A stretch of DNA of 64,000 nt from Amoebophrya sp. A120 (lineage: Eukaryota; Protista; Dinoflagellata), in the NCBI GenBank assembly GCA_905178155.1, contig CAJINV010000011.1, positions 3,009,144-3,073,143 on the forward strand, read 5' to 3'. The position numbers and the translations under genes are program-made. Shown here in pieces: positions 46,148-57,289 of the stretch. Each line of letters starts with the position of its first letter. The first letter of the stretch is position 1. The notes under the pieces are model-generated. The model was not told the origin of the DNA. It worked only from the letters and a program-made list of their open reading frames with translations, and ran no database searches.

Positions 46148-49100
46148 CTAGCCGATCTTGTATTGGTTCATCCTGCGAATGTTTTCCCGAATTTTGGTCT
46201 GAATCCGCACGCAGAACTCCCGCGAAACCTTGACCAACTTCGGCGGGAACAGGGACAGGTTCTGTCCCCGGTACCGCTTCTCCTCCTGCGGCAGCCCGCC
46301 CGCCGCGATGCGCACGATGGCCTCGCAGAACTCGGGGTAGGTCATCCGCGTGCACTCATGCTCAGTTTGCTCGCACGCCCGCGGCTTGTACTTCTGCGCC
46401 AGGGCAAAAATGCACGCGAGGTGCCGCGCGGTGAAATTTCGGTCGTTAATGCGCAGGATGTAGATCAGCTGCATAAAACCCGCCTTGTGCGTGCCGTACC
46501 GCAGATACCTGATTTATTAACATGTGACAAGGTCGTGTTTGGGTTCCACGTACTTACATTTGTCCTTGTCTGTCGTGTTTTGCAAGGTATGATCGATTAT
46601 GATTAGCTGCAAGTCGTTGTCGTGCAACACAAGAACCTTGAGGAAAAGTAAAACACGTAAAAACCAAACTCGATAGTACGCGTCCTTGAGAATGTCCATG
46701 CAATCGTAGGTCATTTTGTTCACGATGGGGTTCTGCATGACGCTTTTGCTGAACGGGTTGAGTGGGTACCCAATGGCCTTCCGCAACCTCTTTTCGACCA
46801 ACAGTGTCAGCGACTTCGGCGCGTCCTTGGTGCTCGGCTGGGGGTACAGGGTGATCCCCACGAGGAGACAGAGATGCACGAACTCGTGGCGGAAAAAGCG
46901 GACGGCCGAGTGCCCGACGGACTCGATGAACTTCATCAGTTCCAGGGAGGAAACCTCCGCACTCACCATCTCGTCAAAAAAAGCCATCACGTCGACGGAC
47001 CGCACGTACAGCTCGCCGCCCGTCAGGAGCGCTGTTATAATGACGAATTGTATAATTTTCAATCTCCGGAATGGGAGTCATGCTCAACACACGACCGGCG
47101 CATTTCTTCATTTTCATGGCTCTATGTACATGCAAGGAGCTGGTTATCGCAGTTGTGCCATGTGTTGAGTGACATCAAAAAGAAGGCGACCATCTTCATC
47201 AGAAATAAACGAAACCAAAAAAACAAAATCTAAATCTAGCGAAATCATTGTCATACAGAACTGCATGATTTATACCGTAGCTCTGGTAGAGCTCCAGGTA
47301 GTGTTTCTTGATGGTTTTCCGGAACAGTTTATCAAATGCAAAAATGTCTGGGTCTGGAAGATTCCGGGATTTGTCACGCAGTTTCTCAAAGCTCCGCCAG
47401 GTCTGGAATGCAGGGAGTAGCATCACACGTTCTGCAGCCCCTTGGTAATGCCTATTAATTCTGCATGAGAAATGTCCTCTCCGCATGGCCAGAAGTGCGG
47501 ACCTTGTGCAAGTCATGCAACACAGATTTTTGTATGATCCGCAACACGCATCACAAGTTCGCATTCTTCCAGACCCAGACATTTTTACATTTGATACAAT
47601 TTCTCCTCGTTTTCGCCGCAGATCCCTTCGAGCGAGATCTTTTTCATGTCGTAGTCGTAGCATTCGTCGAGCCGGTCATGTTCCTCATCGTCCACGTACT
47701 CGCGCTGGAAATGCTCCAGCGACTTGTCGTGAACTTCCCCGATCATCGGCGCCCGGTGGTGCAGCTGCACCTGCGCCACGGGGCTCGCGGTGGGGTAGTG
47801 GAAGTGGTGGATTCGGCGGTAGTTTACGAAGTCGGGCATATCGTCGTCGATGTCGAAGAGGCCGAAGATCGACTCGTATCAAATGCAAATATGTCTGGGT
47901 CTGGAAACTTGTCATGCTCATACACGAATGAAAAAATGACTAGAGTATGCAGCCTAGCATGACAGATTTTTCAACGGTCCTGTGGTGTGCAACACGCATG
48001 AGAAACTGCGTTTTTGCATGACACAGAAGCAGCGCTATTCCGCAACACGCATTACAGAGTTTGGGAGTATGCGAGTTCAGCATTACAAGTCTTGCATTCT
48101 TCCAGACCCAGACAGTTTTACATTTGATAACTCGATCGACGTGACGTTTTCCGCCATCCCCCCGGGCGCGTTCGAGGGCTTTTCCAGGTTCGCCTCCGAG
48201 GCTTTGGACACGGACTTCAAAAAGTACTCCCGGTACCACTTGCCCTTGTTGCGAATCTTCAGGTGCGGCTGGTCCTGCGCGTGGAACATCTTCCGCGTCG
48301 CCGGGTCGTAGAAGAAGTAGTAGACGAATTCGCAGTAGCTGGGCACCCGGCAACCCACCCGGAAAACGTGATTGCGGTTCGTCTGGAGGACCAGGTTCAT
48401 CGGCACGATGCAGTAGTCGTAGAACGAGGCGCAGTATGCACTGCAAATATGTCTGATGTCTGGAAGAATGCAACTTGTGATGCGATTTTTGGAATCTAAA
48501 AAAATCTGTATTGCATGAGCAGCAAGAGGCGTCCAGTTTTTGCTCCGTGGAGAGGGCATTGATTTCTCATGCGGTTTAGACATCAAGATGCCCCCCGCAA
48601 AACATCAATCTTTGATGCTGGGGCATGCATCACGGACATCACGGGTCATGCGAAAGGTGCAGGCAATCTTCCAGACCCTCCAGACAACATATTTGCATTT
48701 GATACGCAGAGGTGCACCGAGTGGCCGCTCTGGCTGCCCGACCGGGGGAAGTTCCACACGAACTCCTGCATCTGCACGCGGTCCGCCACCCAGGACCGGC
48801 TCAGCTTGATCGTGTTGTGCGGTTTGGCGCAGTGGATCGGGTGTGGTACCACCTGCCGCTCCAGCGCGTGAAAGTCGCTGTGCTGCCCCAGCGGGACGCC
48901 CGAGGAACTGTCCCCCGTGGCCCCGGACCGCACGCTGTGGTCCAGCGAAGTTGTGGTTTGGTCCATCTTGTTCATCTGGGTCGTGGTGGAAAAAAGCGTC
49001 GGCGCAGCAAGCAACGAATTGTTCTCCTGTTCTTTGTTAAAAAGCGGCGAGTTGTTATCTCCTGCACCGCCGACCAGACTGGGGTCCTGCGCCAGGGTGC

Positions 49101-52100
49101 TCAACTCTGAGGACAGGTCGAAGGTCCCGAAACTGTGGTTGTGGGCGGAGGACTGCTGTTGGCGTAAGAGTTGCTGCTGCTTCAGCAGTTCCTTCTGCTT
49201 TTCCTGTTCCTTTTTCTCGTATCCAACAGAAAAAAGCTGGCAGCGCATCTTTCTCTTTGTAATGCGAAAATAAATACACAAAAAGATCTCTATTGCATAT
49301 CCGAAACAGCATGCTCCGGGCCACCCATGACAAGTTTTTCTGTGTCTTTATTTTTGCATTACAGAAATGCCCTGCCAGTTTTTTTCTGTGTGATATCTCG
49401 TTCTGCTTGGCCATGATACGCTCGATTTGCTCCTGCTTGGTCATTATGAAATGCGAAAGTGTCTGGGTCTGGAAGAGTGCGCGATTTGTCATCCTGCTTT
49501 TCCATGACCCATGAGGTCTGGAATGCAGGGCCTAGCATGACAGATTCTGCGCGCTCTCTCTCATGCCTATCCTGCATGAGAAACTCCCTCCGGACTTGGT
49601 CAAAACTGGACGACTTTTGGTAATCATGCAACACAGATTTTTGCATGCTTCAGATTTAGCATGACAAGTTGCAACCTTCCAGACCCAGACATATTTGCAT
49701 TTCATAGTCACCTGCGGCGGCCGGTTTTTGAAGTAGTCCTGCGGCGCGTTTCTCTTCCCCGGCCGCTTGGTCACGACGTGCCGGGATTTCTTTTTACTCG
49801 GACTCACGCTCAGGGAGTGCATCGAGCTGTTCAGCGAGGAGGCGGAGTCCCGGTGCCGCGAAGTCGCGTCCCCGAGAAGTTGTCCCGGCGCGCCGGCACT
49901 CGTCGTGTGGTTCTGCATCAATCCGCCAGCACCTATCGTGCCGCTCCCCGACGCGGTAAAGCTCGTGTTCATCGGGTTGCTGTTCGAAAGCAGCGTGCTG
50001 TTTGTCGCGTTCATCGTGCCGTCTCCTGCCCCGGTCTGCGAGTCCACGCTGGTGGACCGCTTCTGCCGGCCGTCCCGCCCGCGGCGGCCCTGCCGCGACC
50101 CGCTGGTCTGGTACGACGTCTCAAAGTAGTCCACGGCGCGCTGATGCTCCAGGTTCGAGGTCGCCGTGCTGGTCCCGGCGTCTGTGAAGGAGGTCGTGGT
50201 GTTGGCCGCGCCTGTTGCCGAAAGTTGCTGGGCTGTCAGAGCTACAACTGGACCACCTCCAGCACCGGTGGTCGAACTGGCCGCGGCGAAGGCGCTGTTC
50301 ATCATCCGCCCCCGTGTGCTGATACCCGCCCCGGAGTTGTTGATGGTACCAGCTGCCGCATGATCGGGGGGAAAACCGACGGTGCTGGTGGTAGAGGGCG
50401 GCGTGTACAGGGAATCCGACGACACCGCGGCGTGCGATTGCAAAAACTGCTTGCACGCCTCCAAGTGCGGCACGGTCAGCAGGGGCGCGGGCGCCTCCAG
50501 TGCGTCGCAGTACCACACGCAGAAATCCTTGTTCGCCGCCTCGAAGATTCCCGAGTCCGGGATCCCCAGCATACCGCTCGTCGGGGAGTGCGGCGAAGAT
50601 GAACTCGTGGTCTTCACGGCGTCGGCTTGGTGGTGGTGCGCAGCGGCCGCTGTTGATGTATTTTTCATCTTCGATGGTGCACCTCCACCAGCTGTTGAAT
50701 TGTGATGCTGCGGTCCTCCTGTTGCGTCCTTCCCCGCGGTCGTGCCACTCATCAGGGCGTGCGCCTCAGCCTGCTCCGCCGCGACTACCGCGGACTGCAA
50801 CAAGCCCGTCGCGTTCGTCACGTTCGTGACCAGGTCCCGGTACCCGCCCCGGATCCAGTGCGCCTCCCGCGTAGCGACGCCCGCGAGCTGCTTTCGCTCC
50901 GCCTCGGCAACCACCCGCGTGCGGGGGTAGTGGTAAAAGTCCCGGCAAAACAGCGCGCGCCAAATCACGACGTTCTCCGTCCCGCGCTCCTTGAAGTGGT
51001 TGTGCCACCCGCGTTCCTTCAGCAGACTCTGCTGCAGCGTGCACTCCGGGAGACTGGCGTGGATGCAACTAAGGAGCACCGCGCGGTTGAGGAGACTCCG
51101 AAACGCCCCAATCACCGTGTGTCGTTCCTCCTCGACTTTATTGACGGCCCCGCCGCCGTCGGAGTTTAGCTTCGACTTGTTGCGCTCGGTCGGACTGAGG
51201 GAGGACGACGTGTGGTGCGACCCGCGGTTCGTGGTGGCCCACATGTCCGAGGTGGAATTTGGGTCCTTGAGCGTTCCGCCGGAGGTTGTGTTCGCGAAGC
51301 CGCCGGTCGAGGAGCTACCCGCGGTCCGGACCACCGTGGCGACCGTTTTCGCGTCGTCTTCGGACGTGAGGCCCAGCATCTTCTCGCCCCACCCGTTGTC
51401 CAAGTAGTTCCAGAACACGAGCGCCGGGTGCTTCTCGAGTGTTTGGAGGAGTAAAATCAGACTGTCGTCGCGCAGCAGCATCACCGACCGCATGGAAAGC
51501 GACTTGAGCGAGACGTTGTGCCGCAGCCCGGCGCAGAACGGGTGGATGCAGAGGTCCGACAGACCGGTCTCGTCCAGCACCAGCACCTCCAGCGACTTGG
51601 TGCGGCCCAGGAGCTGCTCGAACACCGACCACCCGCGCGGACTGAGCACGTTGGCCGTCAGGTCCAGCGTGTTCAGGTGCGTGACCATGGAGAGCGCGAG
51701 CACCGGCATCACCACGGGGTAGCCCTCCAGGTGCTCCACCTCCTCCTCCTCGCGGTGCCAGATGTCCGGCGGGTAGCCGTTCCAGTCCTTCCGGACTCGC
51801 AGCACGTCCAGCGCGTGCGAAAACATGCCGAACCCGTCCGGCACGGCACGTACCCGCACGCCGCGGTAGAACTTGCGCTCCTTCTTCAGCTGGTTGCGGG
51901 TGGCAACTAACGCCAGGTCCTGCTTACCCCGGTCCTTGCGCACGGTGTAGTGGTGCACCATGGAAAAGTCCCCGTCCTGCGGCGCGCCCACGTCCCCCCA
52001 CTCGTCCTCGTTCCAACCCAGGTTCGGCCGGATGCCCATGCCCTTGGCCGTCTGCAGGTACCGCCGAAGCTCGCCCCAAAGCTTCGTGCCGCGCGTGCGG

Positions 52101-55100
52101 TTCGGCTCCTCGTGCAAACGGTGCCGCCGGACGCCGGGCACGTTCACGTCGCCCGCGACGACGTCGCGCCTGTCTGCCAGAGTGGAAGCCGAGCGGCTGG
52201 AAGCTGTGTGTTTGTAGGAGACGGAATCAATTTTCTTTATCACATAATTCCGTTCGAAGAAACCATTTGTTCTCGACCATGTTCATGGAGACCTGCATGC
52301 ACTAACAAACTACAACTAGCATGTATGGTGCGCGCGCGCAGTTAACGTTATGCAAGAAAATAAACGCGTAGTACCCGAAGTTCCCTGTCGACTGGGAACC
52401 CGGCTTCCCCCGGTTCCGGATTCCAACAGGTGCTTGGGCACATCCCCCGCCTCGATCTGCGACTTCTTTTTGTACTTGGGGAGCGTGGTGGGTACCACCA
52501 CACCCTTGGTGGGCGACTCGGCCTGCAGCTTCTTGCACTCCGGGGACTTCGCAAAGTCCAACAGCGGCGACTTGCTGTACTCCGCATCCGCCCGCGGGTC
52601 GTTTGCCGCGAGCGGCGACCGCGGCTCCTCCGGAATGCCGCCCAGATGGTGGAGCTTCTTCAGAAAGCGGCCGTCGTCCGGCACGTCAGAAGGGTTGCTG
52701 CCCGCGGGCGGCATGGCGCGCTGCGAGGGGTCCTTCGGGTTGGGTCGGTACTTCGACGTGGCGTTCACCACCTGCACCGTGGCGGTCGGCGCCTGCTGCG
52801 AGGGCGCCTATCCACAGGAAATTATGGTTCATCCCCGTTCACGTACTACAAACGTCGCGGTCTCTGCAAGACAAAACTTGGCTCCGATCCTACTTTAGCA
52901 TCACAAGTGTTACATCACTCCAAAGTGGTGAAATTTGTCATGCATCTCGTACATATACGGGATGAAATTTGTATTGCATAGCGGCCGCGACGCGGTCACC
53001 TCGCTGGGGTCGTTCGCAGTGGTCGCGGCGGACCCGGCCTGGTCACCCGTGTTGGGCCTGTCCGTCCCTGTGCGACTGGAAGGCGACGCGGACACCTGGT
53101 ACCCCCGCGCGCGGTCGAGTAGCTCCGCCTCCTCCTCCTCTTGCTCCACCGTCTCAATCCAGTATCGCCCCAGCTGGTGGTCCTCGTAGCAATTCGCCCC
53201 GAGGCCCTGAAACACCGACTTCTCCCGCCGCGTCGCGTAGTCCGCCACGGCGCTGCGCGCGTGCTGCTGGTGGCGGGGCGAGGAAGCGGCGGCCGACCGC
53301 CGGTCGTCGTGCATGGGGCTGATGGGAACCACGGTGTCACTGTCACCCCGAGGATCGAACCCGTGGTCTTCGTAGGTGGTGGCCATTTTTCCCCGACTGT
53401 TTATCCCGCCACCCCGGCTGTGGCCACGGGACCCCCCGCGCGAGCCCATGATCTCGCGCCGCGTGGACTCCGGATCGGGGCCAGCACTTGGACCATGCGG
53501 TGCAGCTGCAGCTGTTGTTCCCCCGCCCGGGTGCTCCTCCACGCTGAACAGGGGTCCGCTGAGCATGCTGTCCTCGGCCGCGAGGGAGTCCTCCTCCCGC
53601 AAAATGTTCTCCCGCCGCGTGGGGTCGTTGTCCGTGTAAGCCGTCGTCTCGCCGGTCGCAGCCGCCTCCTCGCGCAACTGCTGCGTGAGTGCGTCTGTAC
53701 CGGAACCACCCCGCAGCGTCGGCGGCGGAAAATTCTCCTCGTCGTCGAGGGCTGCAGTTGTAGGTGCACCACCGCCAGCACCGCCCACATACGTGTCCGG
53801 TGTGCGCTCCACGTAGTCGTCGTTATGACCCTCGTCGTCGTAGTAATCCTCCTCCTCGTCGTCGTCGCGGTTATGGTAGTCGTCCTCGTTTAGTGGCCGC
53901 CTTCGCTCGTCCTCCGAATCGTCATATTCGTCCGGGTCCTCGTCGTCGGAGTCCCAGGCCTTGTACCCGGGGATCTCGTCCTCGGAGCCCAGGCCGCACC
54001 CCTTAAGGAACAAGTGTTGCAGGACGCAGTGCCGCCGCCGGGGGTACAGGGCTTTATACAAAAGCTGGATGCTCTGCAGGGACAGGTTCACGTTTTCCAG
54101 GTGCAGCGACGTGAGGGACTCCAGACAGGTGTTCAGCAGCAGTTCGATGCCCTTGTCGGGGATCAGGCAGTTGGTAACGGACAGAAACTGCGCACTCGGC
54201 ATGGTTATGCACCGCAAAAGGAAAAGCATCGCCCTAGTGTGATTCGCATTTACAAATTTGCTCAACATGAAATTTACCATGCAGAATTTGAATTACCTAA
54301 TGGTAATGCAAGACTGGCATATACGATAATTCTTTTGCACTGGATACTGGTCTCCAGCACCTTGCAGATGCTGTGGCAGTGCAGGACGGAGAGCTCCAGG
54401 TTCTTCAGCGTCAGGTTGCGGTACTTCTCGACCTCTGTGAACACTTTTTGCAGGTCCAGCCGGGGCAGTTCGTTTTTGTCGCAGTGCTTCTTGTACTGCG
54501 CCATGGGCCCGCTCAGGTCCGCGTCCGGGTCCAGCAACTTCACATTGGGGTCCTCGAGCAAAATCGTCGCTGCCTCGGCCAGCGCGGTGTGGCTGGTCTG
54601 CAACTTCTTTTCGCTCGACAGCTTCGCCACCGCGTTGGTCCACCTGCGTTTCGCCGGCGAGGTCGCGGCTGTTCCGTCGGTATTGCTGGTCGTGTTTGCA
54701 GCCAGTAGTTCCGGGCTCGACGGAGCAGCGGCGCCTTCTTCTACACTCGTCTCGCCGGGTTGTGTTGCAGCATGTGCTCCTGCTCCCGACGCGGAGGACT
54801 CAGCGGGTAATATTATCGAAGAGGACTGGACCGCATGTTGATCCCCAACAGATGGTCCCGCTGCAGCGCCGGATGTTGAACCCCCTTGAAGATGCTTACT
54901 GCTACTCCCCTCCGCATGAACAAGAGGACTTGGCGGTACCAATTGGTCCTTGCTGGCTCGCTCGCGACTGGGCGGCGGACGCGTGGTGCGCGTAGGGCTG
55001 TTGCGCTGGAAAATTCGCCGTTCCTCTTCCTTTCGATAGCGCGTGTGCACGTTCTTCGGGACCCTGCTTTCGCGCTCCGCGCGCGCGTCCAGCCGGCGGC

Positions 55101-56353
55101 ACAGCATTTGGGCCTCGAAATCCTCGTCCCCGAGAGATGCGAGCAGGTCGCTGCTGGTCGCCTTCTGCTTGGTTGGCGACTGCGCCTTCTTCTTCCCGAG
55201 CAGGATAGCCAGCGTCTCCGTGCCGGCGTCGCGCTCCTGCTCCTTCTTCGCGGACGCTTTTTGCTTGATCAGCATCTGCCGCTCGCGCTGCGCCGCCTCG
55301 ACGCTGGGTCCGTAGTTCGCTTCGAATTCCTCCATCGACGGGACACTGGGACGTGTTGTTTATGGACTTGACTCTTTTTACACCAACGATAACTGCTCCT
55401 AAAACTGCTCCTAAAAATAAATCTCAATTCGGTTACGTTTGGAATTGACCTCCAAGAATTCATCCATATGATACATCTATACCCTTTCCGTAGCCCACCC
55501 GGTTTCACGATGCTGTATTGGTCGAGACGGCGGTCCAAGGCTCGTGCATTCACGTCGCCCTTCTTTTCGCCGTGCAACCGCAGATACCGCCTCTCTTCGT
55601 TGACCCTGTGGAACAAAATGTGAAAATACGGATAACAGATTGCAATATGCGCTTTTTAGATGCAACTTAGACTTGCACAAGCGGAGCGAGTTAAGTCCAA
55701 AGGGCGAAATTCGGATTCATTTTCATTCATGGATTTGCAAAAACATCGTATCATTTTTCCTCGACATCATCACGATCACAACTAGGTCGTCCCCCATAGT
55801 ACCATTCTGGCGTTTTTGTCCCGGTTGCGATTTTCATGTCGGAATGGGCCCGGTTCAGCTTTGTCTCGTCCCCATCGTCTCGCACGCCGCCCGGAAGAAG
55901 TTCGCTCGCGAGTAGCGCGGCGTCCTCCGACAGGATTACAGCCTCGCCAAGCGCGCCCGCCGAGACGCTTGTTCCGATAATTGCTGTTCTACTACTTCCC
56001 GTCAGCAGGACAGGCGTTTTAGGCCGCGATGAAGCTGCACCACCTCCCTGCTGGTGCCCGTGGACCGCACCGCCTCCGACTCCTGCAGACCCGGCCGCGG
56101 ACACAATGCCCGCACCGGCCTCCTGCAGCCGCGCGAAGGTCTTGGAAAACGCGTGCTTTGGAAAGTGGCGCCGCAAGAGCTCGGTCTTTTGCGCGAACCG
56201 GTCAATGGTGCTCGATTCCGATGTGCGGACCACGCCCTCCGCCCGCGCCATGTCCAGCACCGGCCGCTCCTGCTCGGTCGGCGGCTCCCGCGGGCCCGGG
56301 GGCCGCCACGGCCGCGGGCTCGTGGAAGAGTGCGACCCTCCTTTCTGCTCCAT
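46148..56353 (-). CDS. Large multi-exon protein with RNI-like leucine-rich repeats and low-complexity linkers
   Basis: LRRs (LNTLDLTANVL, SLEVLVLDETGLSD, LTSLHLENVNL). ORFs 54274-55335, 52910-54280, 52316-52777, 49532-52243, 48646-49281, 48083-48586 and 47585-47839 link in frame after removing seven introners and a probable conventional intron. Both ends uncertain. Confidence 0.7.
47330..47596. mobile_element. Family-A TIR introner (267 bp)
   Basis: TSD CAGTT/CAATT; removal joins EEKL-FRKTIKK. Confidence 0.92.
47877..48129. mobile_element. Family-A TIR introner (253 bp)
   Basis: TSD ACTCG; removal joins TSIE-SIFGLFD. Confidence 0.94.
48435..48704. mobile_element. Family-A TIR introner, degenerate (270 bp)
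   Basis: TIRs with small indels; TSD CGCAG; removal joins VHLC-ASFYDYC. Confidence 0.9.
49220..49395. mobile_element. TIR introner, family-E-like (176 bp)
   Basis: TATCCAACAGAAAAAAGCTGGCAGCGCAT vs TATCACACAGAAAAAAACTGGCAGGGCAT; TSD TCTCG; removal joins QNE-KKEQEK. Confidence 0.92.
49445..49706. mobile_element. Family-A TIR introner (262 bp)
   Basis: TATGAAATGC ends; TSD GTCAT/GTCAC; removal joins PQVT-KQEQIE. Confidence 0.92.
52809..52980. mobile_element. Degenerate TIR introner (172 bp)
   Basis: TAT..ATA ends, weak TIR around TTCATCCC, TSD GCGCC/GCGGC; removal joins SRP-PSQQAP. Confidence 0.75.
54206..54346. mobile_element. Degenerate TIR introner (141 bp)
   Basis: TATGCACCGCAAAAGGA vs TATCCAGTGCAAAAGAA; TSD ATGGT/CTGGT; removal joins VLET-MPSAQF. 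Confidence 0.78.
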
Positions 56354-57289
56354 GGATGTTGAGGAGGTGAGATGTTTCTTAAAAATCAGCTGGTGTAGAA
56401 GTTGCTAAAAGACGATCTTTTTCTTGTTCCGGATGAACACTCGCTGGTCCCCACCTAATATTCGGCTCCGAAGCAACGACGGGCTGAGCTTATCTCCCTC
56501 GTCCACTCAGGAACTGACGACATGCCTGGACGACGAGTTCTTGGCACCACACGCAATCGCACACGACGTGTGCTGTGCGTCGAACAAAGACCGGACGACA
56601 TGGACGAGCGCGGCAAGGGCGAGAGATTCCTCTTTTACTTCATCTTTCTTGGTTGTAATTGCTTTTCTAGCATGTTCATGTATCTAAGCATTCCTAAAGA
56701 AGTACGCGACTCTTCAGTCAGTTTCTCGGATCTGAAGAAGCATTATCGTTGAACCGCATGTTGCTGTAGTAGGTTGACTTTACTTAGCCTCTCTCATTCC
56801 GACATCTTCATCATCTCTCTGCACCACTCAACTAAGTATCTATGTCGCTCGAAGGACTCAAACGCGATCATGCTGAAAGCGATCGGTCTCACTCCTACGA
56901 GAGAAGTCCGCACGGGACTTTCACGACATTACAGAACAAGTGCGCGATTTCTTCATACGTATCTCATATCAATCGCCAAAAAGCCACGTTGGCAACGAAG
57001 GTCGACAGGGGCCTGGCTTTCCATCGTCGAGTGCGCTTGGTCCTTATCTTGTTCATTTTGTACTTCTATCAGAAGCTCGGCATACAATCTGGACAATTCT
57101 GAATTTCCGCTCTGGCTTCAAACATGATAGAAATTTCACCTGCTTCCTGATTGATAGATCATGCAGCGAACAAGAAGTATCTATTTGAATTTGACGACCG
57201 GTATCGGATGTCAAATACAGAAGAATTTCTTCTGAGAAAAGGTTTCTTCATAGTATATTGGCCGTTCGTTTTTTGAAAAAGGTTTTCAA

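Noticed and set aside
47033-47275. Another introner (TATA near both ends)
   Set aside because: No convincing TIR or 5-bp TSD. It reads as a canonical GT-AG intron joining QSY to ALLTGG, though a very old introner cannot be excluded.
46148-56353. Stop-interrupted ORFs as pseudogenes or an alternative genetic code
   Set aside because: Stops and frame changes fall within TIR elements or conventional introns, and exons read cleanly in the standard code.
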